Positions 50,264-61,019 of a stretch of DNA of 64,000 nucleotides are shown piece after piece. Position 1 is the stretch's first letter. Each line of letters opens with the position of its first letter. The position numbers were made by a program, and so were the translations under genes. Origin of the DNA: Blastocatellia bacterium (GTDB lineage: Bacteria > Acidobacteriota > Blastocatellia > UBA7656); contig CAVXWP010000008.1 in assembly GCA_963765495.1 (NCBI GenBank), positions 608,001 through 672,000 of the forward strand, written 5' to 3'. Under the pieces are notes generated by a model, which worked only from the letters and a program-made list of their open reading frames with translations, made no database searches and was not told the origin of the DNA.

Positions 50264-51664
50264 ATGCATTTCAAGAAGCTTTTTATCGCAATATGCGCGC
50301 TCACGATTTCACTCGGCCCTGCTACGATTTTTGGACAGGAGACCCAAAAAGAGAAACCACCCGAGGGCGGCAAGCCCAAACCTTTCACCATACCGCCGCA
50401 CCAGACCTTCTCTCTCAAAAACGGCCTGAAGGTCACGCTGGTGCCTTACGGGGCGGTGCCCAAGGTGACTATCAGCGCGGTCATCCGTTCGGGCAATATC
50501 AATGAAGAGGCCGATCAGGTATGGCTCGCCGATCTGACCGGCGAAATTCTAAAGGAAGGAACCGCCACCGAAAGCGCCGAAGATCTGGCAAAGCAAACCG
50601 CCAGCATGGGCGGCAGCCTAAACGTCAACACCGGAGTAGACCAGACAACCATCGCTACGGATGTTCTTTCGGAGTTTGGCCCGGCAGCCGTAAAGCTGAT
50701 CGCGGATGTCGTAGAGCACCCGCTGCTCCCGGCTTCCGAAGTTGATCGCCTGAAGAAGGATTTCATAAGGCAGCTAACCATTTCGCGGTCGCAGCCCCGC
50801 CCTCTGGCAAACGAACGGTTCCTCAAGGCGCTCTATCCCAATCATCCCTACGGCAGGATTTACCCTACCGAAGAGATGATCTCCAGCTACACGATTGATG
50901 ATGTGAAGAAGTTTTACAAGGCAAACTTTGGAGCCGACCGCACGCACATCTATGTCGCGGGTCGGTTCGACGCCGCTGAGATGAAGAAGGCCATCACGCA
51001 GTCTTTTGAAGGATGGGAAAAAGGCCCGGCTCCTGTCATGAACGTTCCAAAGCCTGTCATGCAAAAAGCCATCTATCTCATAGATCGGCCCGGCGCAGCG
51101 CAATCGACCGTCTATCTGGGGCTGCCCGTCATGGATCCGACCAACCCCGATTATGTTGCGTTCCAGGTAGCCAATTCATTGCTGGGCGGTTCTTTTGCAT
51201 CGCGCATCACCTCAAACATTCGCGAGCAAAAAGGCTACACTTATTCGCCAAACAGTCAGGTCTCTACTCGCTATCGCGATGCCTACTGGGTAGAGATTGC
51301 CGACGTTACGACTGCCGTGACGGGTCCGGCAATAAAGGAAATTTTCAAAGAGATTGATCGGCTGCAAAACGAGCCTCCATCCGACCAGGAGTTGCAGGGG
51401 ATCAAGAATTTTCTTGCCGGTGTCTTTGTTTTGCAGAACTCATCGCGACAGGGACTTATCAGCCAGCTTGCCTTCCTTGACCTGCACGGGCTGGAGGAGA
51501 AGTATCTGACCAACTATGTGCAAAATGTCTATGCCGTCACTCCGAAACAGGTGCAAGAGATGGTTTCAAAGTACCTGCCGGATGAGAAGATGACTCTGGT
51601 AGTGGTCGGAGACAAGGGCAAAGTCGAAGAGCAGGTTTCGGCTTTCGGAAAGATCAACAACTGA
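50264..51664 (+). CDS. M16 peptidase, non-catalytic partner subunit, exported
   Basis: LKNGLKV, HPYG and LLGGSFASR...REQKGYTY; no HxxEH; signal peptide. Confidence 0.88.
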   Translation: MHFKKLFIAICALTISLGPATIFGQETQKEKPPEGGKPKPFTIPPHQTFSLKNGLKVTLVPYGAVPKVTISAVIRSGNINEEADQVWLADLTGEILKEGTATESAEDLAKQTASMGGSLNVNTGVDQTTIATDVLSEFGPAAVKLIADVVEHPLLPASEVDRLKKDFIRQLTISRSQPRPLANERFLKALYPNHPYGRIYPTEEMISSYTIDDVKKFYKANFGADRTHIYVAGRFDAAEMKKAITQSFEGWEKGPAPVMNVPKPVMQKAIYLIDRPGAAQSTVYLGLPVMDPTNPDYVAFQVANSLLGGSFASRITSNIREQKGYTYSPNSQVSTRYRDAYWVEIADVTTAVTGPAIKEIFKEIDRLQNEPPSDQELQGIKNFLAGVFVLQNSSRQGLISQLAFLDLHGLEEKYLTNYVQNVYAVTPKQVQEMVSKYLPDEKMTLVVVGDKGKVEEQVSAFGKINN

Positions 51665-51687
51665 ACCAGTGGATGCAGGTAACAATC

Positions 51688-51758
51688 AGGCGTATACGGG
51701 CGGGAAGGACTCGCCTGTATACGCCTTCAATCCCTTGCCCGGCTCGCATTCGGGCAAG
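51688..51758. terminator. Two adjacent hairpins between the M16 pair and GDH
   Basis: AGGCGTATACGGGCG / CGCCTGTATACGCCT and CTTGCCCG / CGGGCAAG. Confidence 0.55.
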
Positions 51759-51784
51759 AAAACTCAATTCGAGAGGAGCACTGA

Positions 51785-53206
51785 ATGAGTACCGGCGATC
51801 TTAAGAGAAGCTTTTTTGAAAATGTAATATACTATTTTGACAAAGCCGCAGCTCACACCCAGCACCCCAAGGACCTGCTCGACCAGATAAAGAGATGCAA
51901 CAGCATATACTTTTTTGAATTCCCCGTACGCACACGCCGGGGATTCGAAGTAATCTCCGGCTGGCGAGTCGAACATTCTCACCATAAGCTTCCGGTCAAG
52001 GGTGGAATTCGCTATATCGAAGAGGCTAATGAAGATGAAGTGAAGGCGCTTGCGGCGCTGATGACTTTCAAATGCGCGATAGTTGATGTGCCCTTTGGCG
52101 GGGCGAAAGGCGCGGTCAGGATCAACCCCAGGAACTACACTGTAGAAGAGTTGGAGCAGATTACACGACGCTATACAGCCGAGTTGATCAAGAAGAATTT
52201 CATAGGCCCGGGCGTGGACGTTCCCGCGCCCGATTATGGAACCGGGGCAAGAGAGATGGCCTGGATCGCAGACACCTATGCCGCGTTCAATCCGGGGCAA
52301 ATAGATGCGCTCGCCTGCGTGACGGGCAAGAACATTTCGCAGGGCGGCATTCGTGGAAGACTCGAAGCGACGGGTCGCGGAGTCTTTTATGGTCTGCGAC
52401 AGGCCTGCGAATTTGAAGATGATATGCGCGAGCTTGGACTCACAAAGGGGCTTGAAGGCAAGCGGGTCGTGGTTCAGGGGCTTGGCAATGTGGGGTATTA
52501 CGCCGCTCTATTCTGCCAGAACGGCGGCTGCACACTTGTGGGGCTGGCCGAGTACGAAGGCGCTATTCATAATCCGAACGGCCTGGACCTCGAGGCCGTG
52601 GTGAAGCACCGCAAGGAGACCGGCTCTATACTCAATTTTCCAGGCGCGGAGAACCTCGCCAACAGTCGCGACGCGCTTGAACTGGATTGCGACATACTGA
52701 TACCGGCGGCACTTGAAAACCAGATCACAAGAGAGAACGCCCCTCGTGTCAGGGCTAAGATCATTGCCGAGGCAGCCAACGGTCCAACAACCGCAAACGC
52801 AGAAGAGATTCTGTCTGAAAAAGGGGTACTCGTGATACCCGATATGTTCCTGAATGCCGGGGGCGTGACGGTCTCTTACTTCGAATGGTTAAAGAACCTC
52901 TCGCACGTTCGCTTTGGCAGGATGGGCAAGCGGTTCGAGCAGACCACTTTTGAAAACATAATCCATCTGGTCGAAACGGCAACCGGCAAGAGCCTTTCGG
53001 AAAACGAAATGAAGACCATAGCTCACGGCGCGGACGAGATTGATCTGGTAAATTCCGGGTTGGAAGAGACGATGATCAACGCCTATTGCCAGATTCGCGA
53101 TATACTGAAAGAAGACCCGCGAATAGAGACGCTAAGATCCGCCGCCTTTATCAACGCGATCAACAAGATAGTTACCTGTTACGCGGAGCTTGGCATATTC
53201 CCGTAA
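51785..53206 (+). CDS. gdhA: Glu/Leu/Phe/Val dehydrogenase, probably glutamate dehydrogenase
   Basis: KGGIRY, PFGGAKG, DVPAPD, ATGRG, QGLGNVG, EAANGP and [12 protein letters not shown]. Confidence 0.9.
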   Translation: MSTGDLKRSFFENVIYYFDKAAAHTQHPKDLLDQIKRCNSIYFFEFPVRTRRGFEVISGWRVEHSHHKLPVKGGIRYIEEANEDEVKALAALMTFKCAIVDVPFGGAKGAVRINPRNYTVEELEQITRRYTAELIKKNFIGPGVDVPAPDYGTGAREMAWIADTYAAFNPGQIDALACVTGKNISQGGIRGRLEATGRGVFYGLRQACEFEDDMRELGLTKGLEGKRVVVQGLGNVGYYAALFCQNGGCTLVGLAEYEGAIHNPNGLDLEAVVKHRKETGSILNFPGAENLANSRDALELDCDILIPAALENQITRENAPRVRAKIIAEAANGPTTANAEEILSEKGVLVIPDMFLNAGGVTVSYFEWLKNLSHVRFGRMGKRFEQTTFENIIHLVETATGKSLSENEMKTIAHGADEIDLVNSGLEETMINAYCQIRDILKEDPRIETLRSAAFINAINKIVTCYAELGIFP

Positions 53207-53216
53207 GGAGAGCGAT

Positions 53217-53546
53217 ATGCAGACAGTGGTACAGGTGATCTGTTCGGGCAACGCTTCTCTTCGCGAAGCGATTGTGCGAGACAAGAAGAATCTAAAGAAG
53301 TTCAAGCTGATGGTATCGAGCGAGAAGGTTCAGGGGCGAAACCCCGGGTGGGCCAAGCTTCACAGCACCGATTACGAGACTCCGGGCGCGTTGAATATCA
53401 TCTGGTACGGCGCGTCAAACATCCTTATCGGCAGGGTCGTCACCCGAAGCGGAAACACGCCCGATGACCTGATAGGCACTTTCATAAGTTATCTGCTGGC
53501 CCGGTATCGAAGACGAATCAGGGCTATCCATGTCTTGCCCGATTGA
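53217..53546 (+). CDS. Small basic hypothetical protein
   Basis: AAGGAG RBS directly after the gdh stop; plausible globular composition; no family recognised. Confidence 0.65.
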   Translation: MQTVVQVICSGNASLREAIVRDKKNLKKFKLMVSSEKVQGRNPGWAKLHSTDYETPGALNIIWYGASNILIGRVVTRSGNTPDDLIGTFISYLLARYRRRIRAIHVLPD

Positions 53547-53594
53547 ATTATTGCACCATCTTGTCAGAGGCTCATTTGACAGTGAGGCAATGGG

Positions 53595-53703
53595 AATAGG
53601 TCGGGACGGACGCGGATGCGACGGATTTTCACGGATTAGCTCATACAATGTCAGATCCGCGTAAATCCGCCGCATCCGCGTCCGTCCCGGCCTATTTCAA
53701 CTT
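53595..53703. repeat. Inverted pair of 9-bp-period CGGAT elements
   Basis: 53595-53628 and 53663-53696 form a 34-bp inverted repeat with 2 mismatches; the right arm matches 996-1048. Confidence 0.88.
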
Positions 53704-53784
53704 ACCCTACTTTGGAGTTTCGTTTGTTACAATCTTGTGCATTTCGATTTAGTTTTGAGGAGAACGAATGGTCCCCATTTACAC

Positions 53785-54552
53785 TCACTTGCGAGCGGTG
53801 ACGATTGGCTGGTAGTAGCCGCTCTCATCGGGCAAATACCATCTCACATCTGACAGACCTGCTAGACTGAGAATTCGGCTCAACTCTTCACGCGACAGGG
53901 CTCTGTAATGAGTGGTGAAGTGTGAGGTCTTCCACGCCCCTTCAACCTCGGTAAGGATGAATTGCCGAACCTGATACGAGCGACCGTCTTCCGCCCAATC
54001 CCACACCTGAAAGACTATGCGCCTGCCCTGCGGATCATCGAAGGCACGAGGGAGGGTCGCCTGCGGCCTCTCTTCACGAAGCCGGTCATAGTCGCGTATG
54101 CTTGCCAGAAACAGCCCGCCCCCGCGCAGTTTGTCTACCACATTCTTAACCGCCAGAATCAGATCGTCATCATCAAGTAGATGAGGCAAGGAATTGTCAC
54201 AGGAAATGACTATATCAAATAAACCATCGACCCTCTTTGTCAGCTCGCGCATATCACAAACATCAAAAGAGATTGAAACGCCAGCCGTATCAGCCTCACG
54301 CCTTGCCCGCTCCACTGCCGCAGGGCTCAAATCCGTAGCGTGGACCAGATAGCCTCGACTTGCCAGACCAATGGCCTGGGTTCCTATGCCGCAGGAACAA
54401 TCGAGCAATGAAAGCCCGCTGCCATTCACCTGCGACCGGATCAGTTTATCAAGTATCTCGGCCTGCCATTGAACACCCTTGTGCCAGTCAGCAAAGATCA
54501 GATGATACTCTGCTGCCATCTCATCATAAAATTTCAGGACCGAATCGCTCAT
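53785..54552 (-). CDS. Class I SAM-dependent methyltransferase (glycine/sarcosine N-methyltransferase-like)
   Basis: LLDCSCGIGTQ, TDLS, CDMR, CDNSLPHL and SIRDYD. Confidence 0.82.
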   Translation of the reverse strand: MSDSVLKFYDEMAAEYHLIFADWHKGVQWQAEILDKLIRSQVNGSGLSLLDCSCGIGTQAIGLASRGYLVHATDLSPAAVERARREADTAGVSISFDVCDMRELTKRVDGLFDIVISCDNSLPHLLDDDDLILAVKNVVDKLRGGGLFLASIRDYDRLREERPQATLPRAFDDPQGRRIVFQVWDWAEDGRSYQVRQFILTEVEGAWKTSHFTTHYRALSREELSRILSLAGLSDVRWYLPDESGYYQPIVTARK

Positions 54553-54557
54553 CGTGC

Positions 54558-55364
54558 TTACTTTGCTTCGACATCCGTCACAAAATCCCTGATTGCGGAA
54601 GCGACAAGCGCGGGCTGTTCCGTGGCGCTCATATGCGCGGCATTCGGAATAATAACGAGTCGCGCATCTGGTATTTTTTCGACAAGCAACTCGGATCGGT
54701 CAAGCGGTGTCGCGATGTCATTGTCACCGACCATAACAAGGGCGGGCACAGAAATCCGGCCAAGTTCGTCCGTTATATCATCTCTGTTAAAGACGGCGAG
54801 CGCGGCCTGATAGATGCCCTCCGGGTCACGGTCTTCCTGTAATTTTTCGCGGTAGGCCGCAATCAACTCCGGGTGATCGGCGTAGGTAGAAGGCGCAAAG
54901 TAAAACTGCAAAACCGTATCGGCAACCATAGCAGCCATGCCTGCCCGCAGTGCCCCCGCGAGTTGAAAATAATTCTCGCGCCGCTCTTCCATCTCAGGCC
55001 GCGAAGAGGTATCCATCAAGGTAAGAGATTTGACCTTTTCCGGGTGCGAGAGGGCCAGCCGCATGCCGAGCATTCCGCCCATTGAAAGCCCTGCCCAGTG
55101 AACCGATTTCAGATCAAGTGCGTCAAGCAGGGCGCTGCAATCTTCGGCCATGTTCTCAAGCGTCAAGGTGGCGCGGTGGCCGCTTTCGCCGTGACCATGC
55201 TGATCCAGATTGATGATGTGAAACCCATCTGCCAGTTCAGCCACGACCTCTGAAAACATATCGCGCGCCCAAAGCAAACTGTGAGTAAAGACGATAGTGG
55301 GATTCGAACGTTCGCCCACTTCATCATAAGCAAACTCAATATCATTGACCGTAATCTTAGCCAT
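54558..55364 (-). CDS. Alpha/beta hydrolase (PcaD-like)
   Basis: DQHGHGES, nucleophile motif GLSMGG, GDND and AAH. Confidence 0.88.
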   Translation of the reverse strand: MAKITVNDIEFAYDEVGERSNPTIVFTHSLLWARDMFSEVVAELADGFHIINLDQHGHGESGHRATLTLENMAEDCSALLDALDLKSVHWAGLSMGGMLGMRLALSHPEKVKSLTLMDTSSRPEMEERRENYFQLAGALRAGMAAMVADTVLQFYFAPSTYADHPELIAAYREKLQEDRDPEGIYQAALAVFNRDDITDELGRISVPALVMVGDNDIATPLDRSELLVEKIPDARLVIIPNAAHMSATEQPALVASAIRDFVTDVEAK

Positions 55365-55385
55365 CTATTCTCCTCTCTTTCATAC

Positions 55386-57002
55386 TCATCGCCTTAACAG
55401 ACGGGTGAATCTTCCTACCACCGACTTAGCCTCGGGCAACTTCATCGCGGCAGTTATGCCAAAATATAGAAGGCCGTACGACCCGAGGACAAGAGCGGCG
55501 ACGATGATCGGATGACGCGGCCCGACGGCCAGCTTTACTCCCCACGCTAACGCCGCGCCCACCGCTGCCGCAGTCCAGAGCCGGAACACAAATACAGGCG
55601 GCAGCCCGGTCTTTCCTATCTTCCGATTTAGCGAACGGCGCAACAGCGCGAACTCAACCCATCCGGCAATACCGGCTGAAATCGTCAGTCCCGCCACTCC
55701 CCACCTCTGGTCGATGCCAAACGCGACAGGCGCTGGTATCGCAAGCAAATAACCAAGCGCAATGGTCAAGCCTACGCGAACGATGGCGAAATACAGGGGA
55801 GTGCGCGTATCGCTCAGAGCGTAAAAGGTCGAGGCATAGAGGCGACCCAGAGTTGACGCGAGCAACCCGACTGCCGAGCCTGCCAGAATTCCCCAGACAT
55901 AAATGACATCATCGCGTGTGAACCGGCCTGATTGATAGATCGCGGCGGTGATTACATCTCCAAGCGCGAGAAAGGCCATCGCCGAAGGGATTATGAAAAA
56001 GGCTATCTGCCGCAGCCCCGAATTCAAACGGCGCTTAAGGTATCCGGCTATCTCCTCCTGGTTTCCAACGGCCCGCGACATCGCCGGAAGTTCCGCAGCC
56101 GATACGGCCATGCCAAACAGGCTTACCGGCAGCGTGTAGAGCGTCTGCGCGTAACTCAAAGCAGCGACCGCCCCCGTAGGCAACAGACTTGCTAGCAGCG
56201 CGTCAACGTATGCGCTTATCTGCACGACGCCGCGACTGAAAAAGACCGGCACGAAATTCTTTATCACGGTTCTTACGCTTGCCAGATGCAATCCGAGCGA
56301 AAAATGCAATCTTTTAATCAGGCTAAAGACAAACGGCAACTGCACTCCAAACTGTAGTGCGCTTCCGACAACCGATCCCCACGCGACGGCTTCGGCCAGC
56401 GGATACTGAGTCATGCGACCGCCAAAGCCCACAAGCGAGGCGATCATCACAAGGTTCCAGATAACCGGCGCTACGTATGAGAGAAAGAATTTATGATGGC
56501 TGTTTAAGATTCCCAGACACCAAGCTGAAAATACCAGCAATCCCGCGCCGGGAAATAATATCTTGACCAGTTGAATAGTCAGTTCCCGTTTTTCGCCTTC
56601 AAACCCGGGCGCGATTGTGTCGATCAAATAGGGCGTGGCCAGCACTCCCACGAGCACAAGAAAGGACATCGTGAGCGCGAGCAGCGAGGCAATCGCCCCG
56701 GCTACGCGGCCCGCTTCTTCTTCGTTGTCGCGGGCGAGCAGCCCGGCATAAACGGGTATGAATGAAGCCGAAAGCACCCCTTCGCCAAACAGGTTTTGAA
56801 GAAAGTTTGGAATCCTGAATGCGGCCTTGAATGCATCGGCGGCATCGGAGTTGCCGAAGTAGTGAGCAAAGAAGCGATCACGGACAAGCCCGGCGATTCG
56901 GCTCAGGAATATGCCAGCCGCTACCAGAAACGCAGACTTCCCCGCGCTCGGTCCGGCCTTTGAAGTTGCTTTGGTAGAAGGATTTTCAGTGGGTGAATGC
57001 AT
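55386..57002 (-). CDS. murJ: Lipid II flippase MurJ/MviN
   Basis: SRIAGLVRD, ADAF.AAFRIPN...EG.LSASFIPV. Start set at ATG 57002 because the longer ORF runs into a REP-like element. Confidence 0.92.
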   Translation of the reverse strand: MHSPTENPSTKATSKAGPSAGKSAFLVAAGIFLSRIAGLVRDRFFAHYFGNSDAADAFKAAFRIPNFLQNLFGEGVLSASFIPVYAGLLARDNEEEAGRVAGAIASLLALTMSFLVLVGVLATPYLIDTIAPGFEGEKRELTIQLVKILFPGAGLLVFSAWCLGILNSHHKFFLSYVAPVIWNLVMIASLVGFGGRMTQYPLAEAVAWGSVVGSALQFGVQLPFVFSLIKRLHFSLGLHLASVRTVIKNFVPVFFSRGVVQISAYVDALLASLLPTGAVAALSYAQTLYTLPVSLFGMAVSAAELPAMSRAVGNQEEIAGYLKRRLNSGLRQIAFFIIPSAMAFLALGDVITAAIYQSGRFTRDDVIYVWGILAGSAVGLLASTLGRLYASTFYALSDTRTPLYFAIVRVGLTIALGYLLAIPAPVAFGIDQRWGVAGLTISAGIAGWVEFALLRRSLNRKIGKTGLPPVFVFRLWTAAAVGAALAWGVKLAVGPRHPIIVAALVLGSYGLLYFGITAAMKLPEAKSVVGRFTRLLRR

Positions 57003-57070
57003 ATATGTCTGTCGTCTGATCAACCCGTATCCTACCACAAGCAGGACTATTACAAGGTAGCTTGACATGT

Positions 57071-57201
57071 AATGTAGGGGCGATTGGCGCATGATGTTCT
57101 TCGCACGGCGCGGGCTTGTCCCTGCCCGGATTGGCCGAAGGCCAATGACAATCATCGCGCTAACGCGCGATCCGGGCAGGGACAAGCCCTGCCCCTACAT
57201 T
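57071..57201. repeat. GTAG-type REP/REPIN-like palindromic element
   Basis: AATGTAGGGGC...GCCCCTACATT termini, an inner 20-bp inverted repeat (57112-57131 / 57170-57189) and two small internal hairpins. Confidence 0.8.
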
Positions 57202-57318
57202 TTACTTGATTCCGTAACAACCCTATTACCAGGCTGATTGACACTGTTTTTGTCGTATCCCTATAATCTGCTACTATTTTAGGAGGCAGCGTAAAATAGA
57301 AAAGTATTGGAGAGCTTG

Positions 57319-58950
57319 ATGTCAAACAAGCAGGAGAGTATTGGAAGCTTATTTCCATTAGATTTTAACGACCAAATACTTGAGCGGCGTCGTTCGCTCG
57401 AAGAGATAATTCAACTGGGCTTTGACCCCTATTCACACAAGTTCGACCGCACTCATACGATTAGTCGTCTTGTCGAATTATATTCCTCAAAATCCGCCGA
57501 AGAACTCGAATCCGAGCGCCCTCGCGTTCGAGCCGCCGGACGCATTCACGCCATCAACAAGATGGGCAAGGCCGCTTTCATCCGCTTCACGGACGGGCGA
57601 GAAATATTGCAGATTTACATCAAGTCGAACGAGGTGGACGAGCGCACATGGTCGCTTTTCAAACTGCTTCACCTGGGCGACATAATCGGCACCGAAGGGC
57701 GGTTGTTTCGCACCCGCACGGGCGAGCTTTCGATCCATGCCGACTCGCTCACATTCTTAGCGAAGGCGCTCTTGCCGCCGCCGGACAAGTATTACGGGCT
57801 GGCCGACATCGAGACGCGCTATCGCCAGCGTTACGCCGATCTGATAGCTAACCGCGACGTGCGGATGGTGTTTGAAAAGCGCGCAGAGGTGATTCGCCGG
57901 ATACGGAGTTTTTTTGATGAGCGCGGGTATGTAGAGGTGGAAACACCTATGCTTACGCCACTGCCCACGGGCGCGGCGGCAAGACCCTTTATCACACATC
58001 ACAACGCGCTCGACATCCCGCTCTACGCCCGCATCGCGCCCGAACTTTATTTAAAGCGCCTGATCGTCGCAGGCTTTGAGAAGGTCTACGAGATAAACCG
58101 CAATTTTAGAAACGAGGGGTTGTCTACGCGTCACAATCCCGAATTCACGATGCTTGAATGGTACGAAGCCTATTCTGATTATGAGAATCTGATCGAGATG
58201 ACCGAGACCTTGATCGCGGACCTCGTGGAAAAGGTGCGGGGACAAGAGGTAATCCAATACGGCGAGCGCGAAATCAACTTCAAACGCCCGTGGGCGAGAC
58301 TGACCATGACTGACGCGGTGATACATTACTGGCCCGATGTCGATACGCGTCCGACACGCGAAGCGATTTCGACCGCCGAAGGCATGCTCAACGCTATCGA
58401 AGAGTCAAACATAGAGAGTCTCAAATCTCAGATTTCAAATCTCAGAACACTCAGCTACGGCTATCTGCTTGGCGAAGTGTTCGAGCACGTGGCCGAACCT
58501 CACCTGATGGACCCCGTTTTCATCACGGAGTTTCCAACCGAGCTTTCTCCCCTCTCCAAGCAGAGCGAAGCGAATCCCGCCTTTGTGGATCGCTTCGAGC
58601 TTTACATCGCAGGGATGGAGATAGCAAACGGGTTCTGCGAGATCAATGACCCCGTGGACCAGCGCCGGAGGTTCGAGGCGCAGATGCAATTGCGCGAGCG
58701 AGGCGACGAAGAAGCCATGCTCATTGACGACGATTATATTCGAGCCCTCTCTTTCGGGATGCCGCCGACGGCCGGAGAAGGAATAGGCATAGATCGTCTG
58801 GTGATGGTTTTGACCGATCAGAAATCCATACGCGATGTAATTCTCTTCCCTCATATGCGGCCCGAAAAATCGGGCAGCGCGCAAATTCATGCCGACAGTG
58901 AGGCAAAAGCAACGGCGGTCGTTTCGCAGAATGAAACTACTGACCACTGA
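57319..58950 (+). CDS. lysS: Lysine--tRNA ligase, class II
   Basis: OB-fold N-domain; [38 protein letters not shown] and GIGIDRL. Confidence 0.97.
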   Translation: MSNKQESIGSLFPLDFNDQILERRRSLEEIIQLGFDPYSHKFDRTHTISRLVELYSSKSAEELESERPRVRAAGRIHAINKMGKAAFIRFTDGREILQIYIKSNEVDERTWSLFKLLHLGDIIGTEGRLFRTRTGELSIHADSLTFLAKALLPPPDKYYGLADIETRYRQRYADLIANRDVRMVFEKRAEVIRRIRSFFDERGYVEVETPMLTPLPTGAAARPFITHHNALDIPLYARIAPELYLKRLIVAGFEKVYEINRNFRNEGLSTRHNPEFTMLEWYEAYSDYENLIEMTETLIADLVEKVRGQEVIQYGEREINFKRPWARLTMTDAVIHYWPDVDTRPTREAISTAEGMLNAIEESNIESLKSQISNLRTLSYGYLLGEVFEHVAEPHLMDPVFITEFPTELSPLSKQSEANPAFVDRFELYIAGMEIANGFCEINDPVDQRRRFEAQMQLRERGDEEAMLIDDDYIRALSFGMPPTAGEGIGIDRLVMVLTDQKSIRDVILFPHMRPEKSGSAQIHADSEAKATAVVSQNETTDH

Positions 58951-58966
58951 CCACCGACCACTGCCT

Positions 58967-60214
58967 ATGCCTTACGAACTTTTCATCGCACTCAGATACC
59001 TGCGAGCCAAGCGCAAGCAGGTAATGATCTCTGTAATCACGGTCATTGCCGTGGCGGCGGTTGCGGCGGGCGTCGCTTCTCTAATTACCGTGCTGGCGAT
59101 GATGACAGGCTTTCGCGAGGATTTTCAGACAAAGATTCTATCCGGGACCGCGCACCTTAATCTTATGCGCAAGGACGGGCGCTCAATCGAGAATTATCAG
59201 GACCTTGTAAAACAGATTCATACGCTGCCCCATATCCGAGGCGCTTACGCCACGCTCTACCAACGAGTGCTTTTGCAGGGAACCCAGAATACGGATGGCG
59301 CTATATTGAAAGGCGTAGAGATGACCGCGCCAGGCGAGGCGAACGAGGTTTTCCAATTCACAAAAGAGGGCGACCCGCACTCGCTCAGCCAGCCGGAAAC
59401 AGACAAGGAAACAGGCGCTACGATTGACAACATGATCGTAGGCAGCGAGTTGGCCGAAACAATTGGCCTGCGTGTAGGCGACATCGCTACGGTAATCTCG
59501 CCGCAGGGGCATCTTACACCCGTTGGCATGGCTCCGCGCTATCGCGATTTCAAGGTAGCGGGCATTTTTCAATCCGGCCTGAGCGATTACGACGCTACGT
59601 GGGCATACATATCGCTTGCGGCGGCACAGCGGCTTTCAGGCAGAGAAGACGTGGCCGAGCTTGTTCAAATCAAAGTAGACGATGTCAACAACGTAAAAGA
59701 GATCGGGCGCGAAGTCTTGCAAGCGGTGGGCGACCAGTACAGAGTGCAGGACTGGCAGGAGTTGAACGCGCCCATTTACACGGCGCTCAGTTATGAAAAA
59801 CTGCTGACAGGCATCGCGCTCCTTATCGTGATAGGCATTGCCGCGCTCAACATTATCACGGTCCTGATTATGATCGTGATGGAGAAACACCGCGACATCG
59901 CCATCTTGAAATCGATGGGTGCTACCAGTCGCAGCGTGATGTTTCTGTTCATGATTCAGGGATTGCTCATAGGCGTGACCGGGATAATCATCGGCATCGC
60001 CGTTGGCTGGGGCTTTTCCTATTTTGCAAATGCCAGGCAATTGATCAAGCTTCCGCCCGGCGCTTATGCGCTCGATTATCTGCCTTTTCACACAAGCGCA
60101 GGCGACATCCTTATAGTAGCCTCCGTCACGCTCCTGATAAGCTTTCTATCAACCGTCTATCCTTCGTGGAGCGCGGCCCGGTTGAACCCGGTGGAGGGAC
60201 TTCGCTATGAGTAA
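58967..60214 (+). CDS. Lipoprotein-releasing ABC transporter permease, LolC/E family
   Basis: [25 protein letters not shown] and [18 protein letters not shown]. Confidence 0.9.
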   Translation: MPYELFIALRYLRAKRKQVMISVITVIAVAAVAAGVASLITVLAMMTGFREDFQTKILSGTAHLNLMRKDGRSIENYQDLVKQIHTLPHIRGAYATLYQRVLLQGTQNTDGAILKGVEMTAPGEANEVFQFTKEGDPHSLSQPETDKETGATIDNMIVGSELAETIGLRVGDIATVISPQGHLTPVGMAPRYRDFKVAGIFQSGLSDYDATWAYISLAAAQRLSGREDVAELVQIKVDDVNNVKEIGREVLQAVGDQYRVQDWQELNAPIYTALSYEKLLTGIALLIVIGIAALNIITVLIMIVMEKHRDIAILKSMGATSRSVMFLFMIQGLLIGVTGIIIGIAVGWGFSYFANARQLIKLPPGAYALDYLPFHTSAGDILIVASVTLLISFLSTVYPSWSAARLNPVEGLRYE

Positions 60215-60998
60215 ATCGGGGGTCGGGGGCCAGGGGTCGGGGGCCGGGGATGAAGCAGGAGACGGGAACCGTCTGTCGGGCAATGACGTAGCGGACGATA
60301 TTAACCGGCCCCCGGCAAAACTCCGGCCCTTTTTAAGCGCCGAACGCATAGCAAAGGTATATAAATCGGGTCAAAATCGAGTGGTTGTGTTTGAGGGATT
60401 GAGCCTGGAATTGGCCGAAGGAGAGATGGTTGCGATAGTCGGTCCGTCGGGCGCTGGAAAATCGACCTTATTGCACATCTTAGGTGGATTGGATAAGCCG
60501 GATGACGGAATCGTCAAACTGGGCGAGTTTGACATTTTCAAACTCGCTGATGTAGACTTGGCTCGGTTTCGTAATAAGGAGATTGGGTTCATTTTCCAAT
60601 TTCACCATCTGCTGCCAGAATTCACCGCTCTTGAAAATGCGATGATGCCGCTGCTGATCTCAAGGAGTTCACATCGAGCAGCCAGCCGTCGCGCCGAAAA
60701 TATGCTCGCAAGCGTCGGCCTTGCCGACAGGGCAACGCATCGTCCGGGCGAGCTTTCAGGGGGTGAACAGGCGCGGGTGGCGCTGGCAAGGGCGCTGGTA
60801 GCCGGGCCCAAAGTATTGCTGGCGGACGAGCCGACGGGTGATCTCGACAGCAAAACCAGTGAAAGCATTCATAACCTGCTCAAGGAGATTCATAGATCGC
60901 AAGGGCTGACATCGGTGATTGTGACCCACAACGAACGTTTAGCTTCTATTTGCGACCGTGTGCTGCACCTTGAGGATGGTCGGTTGCGTGACGGTTGA
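60207..60998 (+). CDS. lolD: Lipoprotein-releasing ABC transporter ATPase
   Basis: [27 protein letters not shown] and LADEPTG; overlaps the permease stop. Confidence 0.9.
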   Translation: MSKSGVGGQGSGAGDEAGDGNRLSGNDVADDINRPPAKLRPFLSAERIAKVYKSGQNRVVVFEGLSLELAEGEMVAIVGPSGAGKSTLLHILGGLDKPDDGIVKLGEFDIFKLADVDLARFRNKEIGFIFQFHHLLPEFTALENAMMPLLISRSSHRAASRRAENMLASVGLADRATHRPGELSGGEQARVALARALVAGPKVLLADEPTGDLDSKTSESIHNLLKEIHRSQGLTSVIVTHNERLASICDRVLHLEDGRLRDG

Positions 60999-61019
60999 AT
61001 TCAATATTGGAAGCCAAAC

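Noticed and set aside
57003-57185. N-terminal extension of MurJ in the ORF track
   Set aside because: Runs through the REP-like palindrome; similarity to MurJ starts only after ATG 57002.
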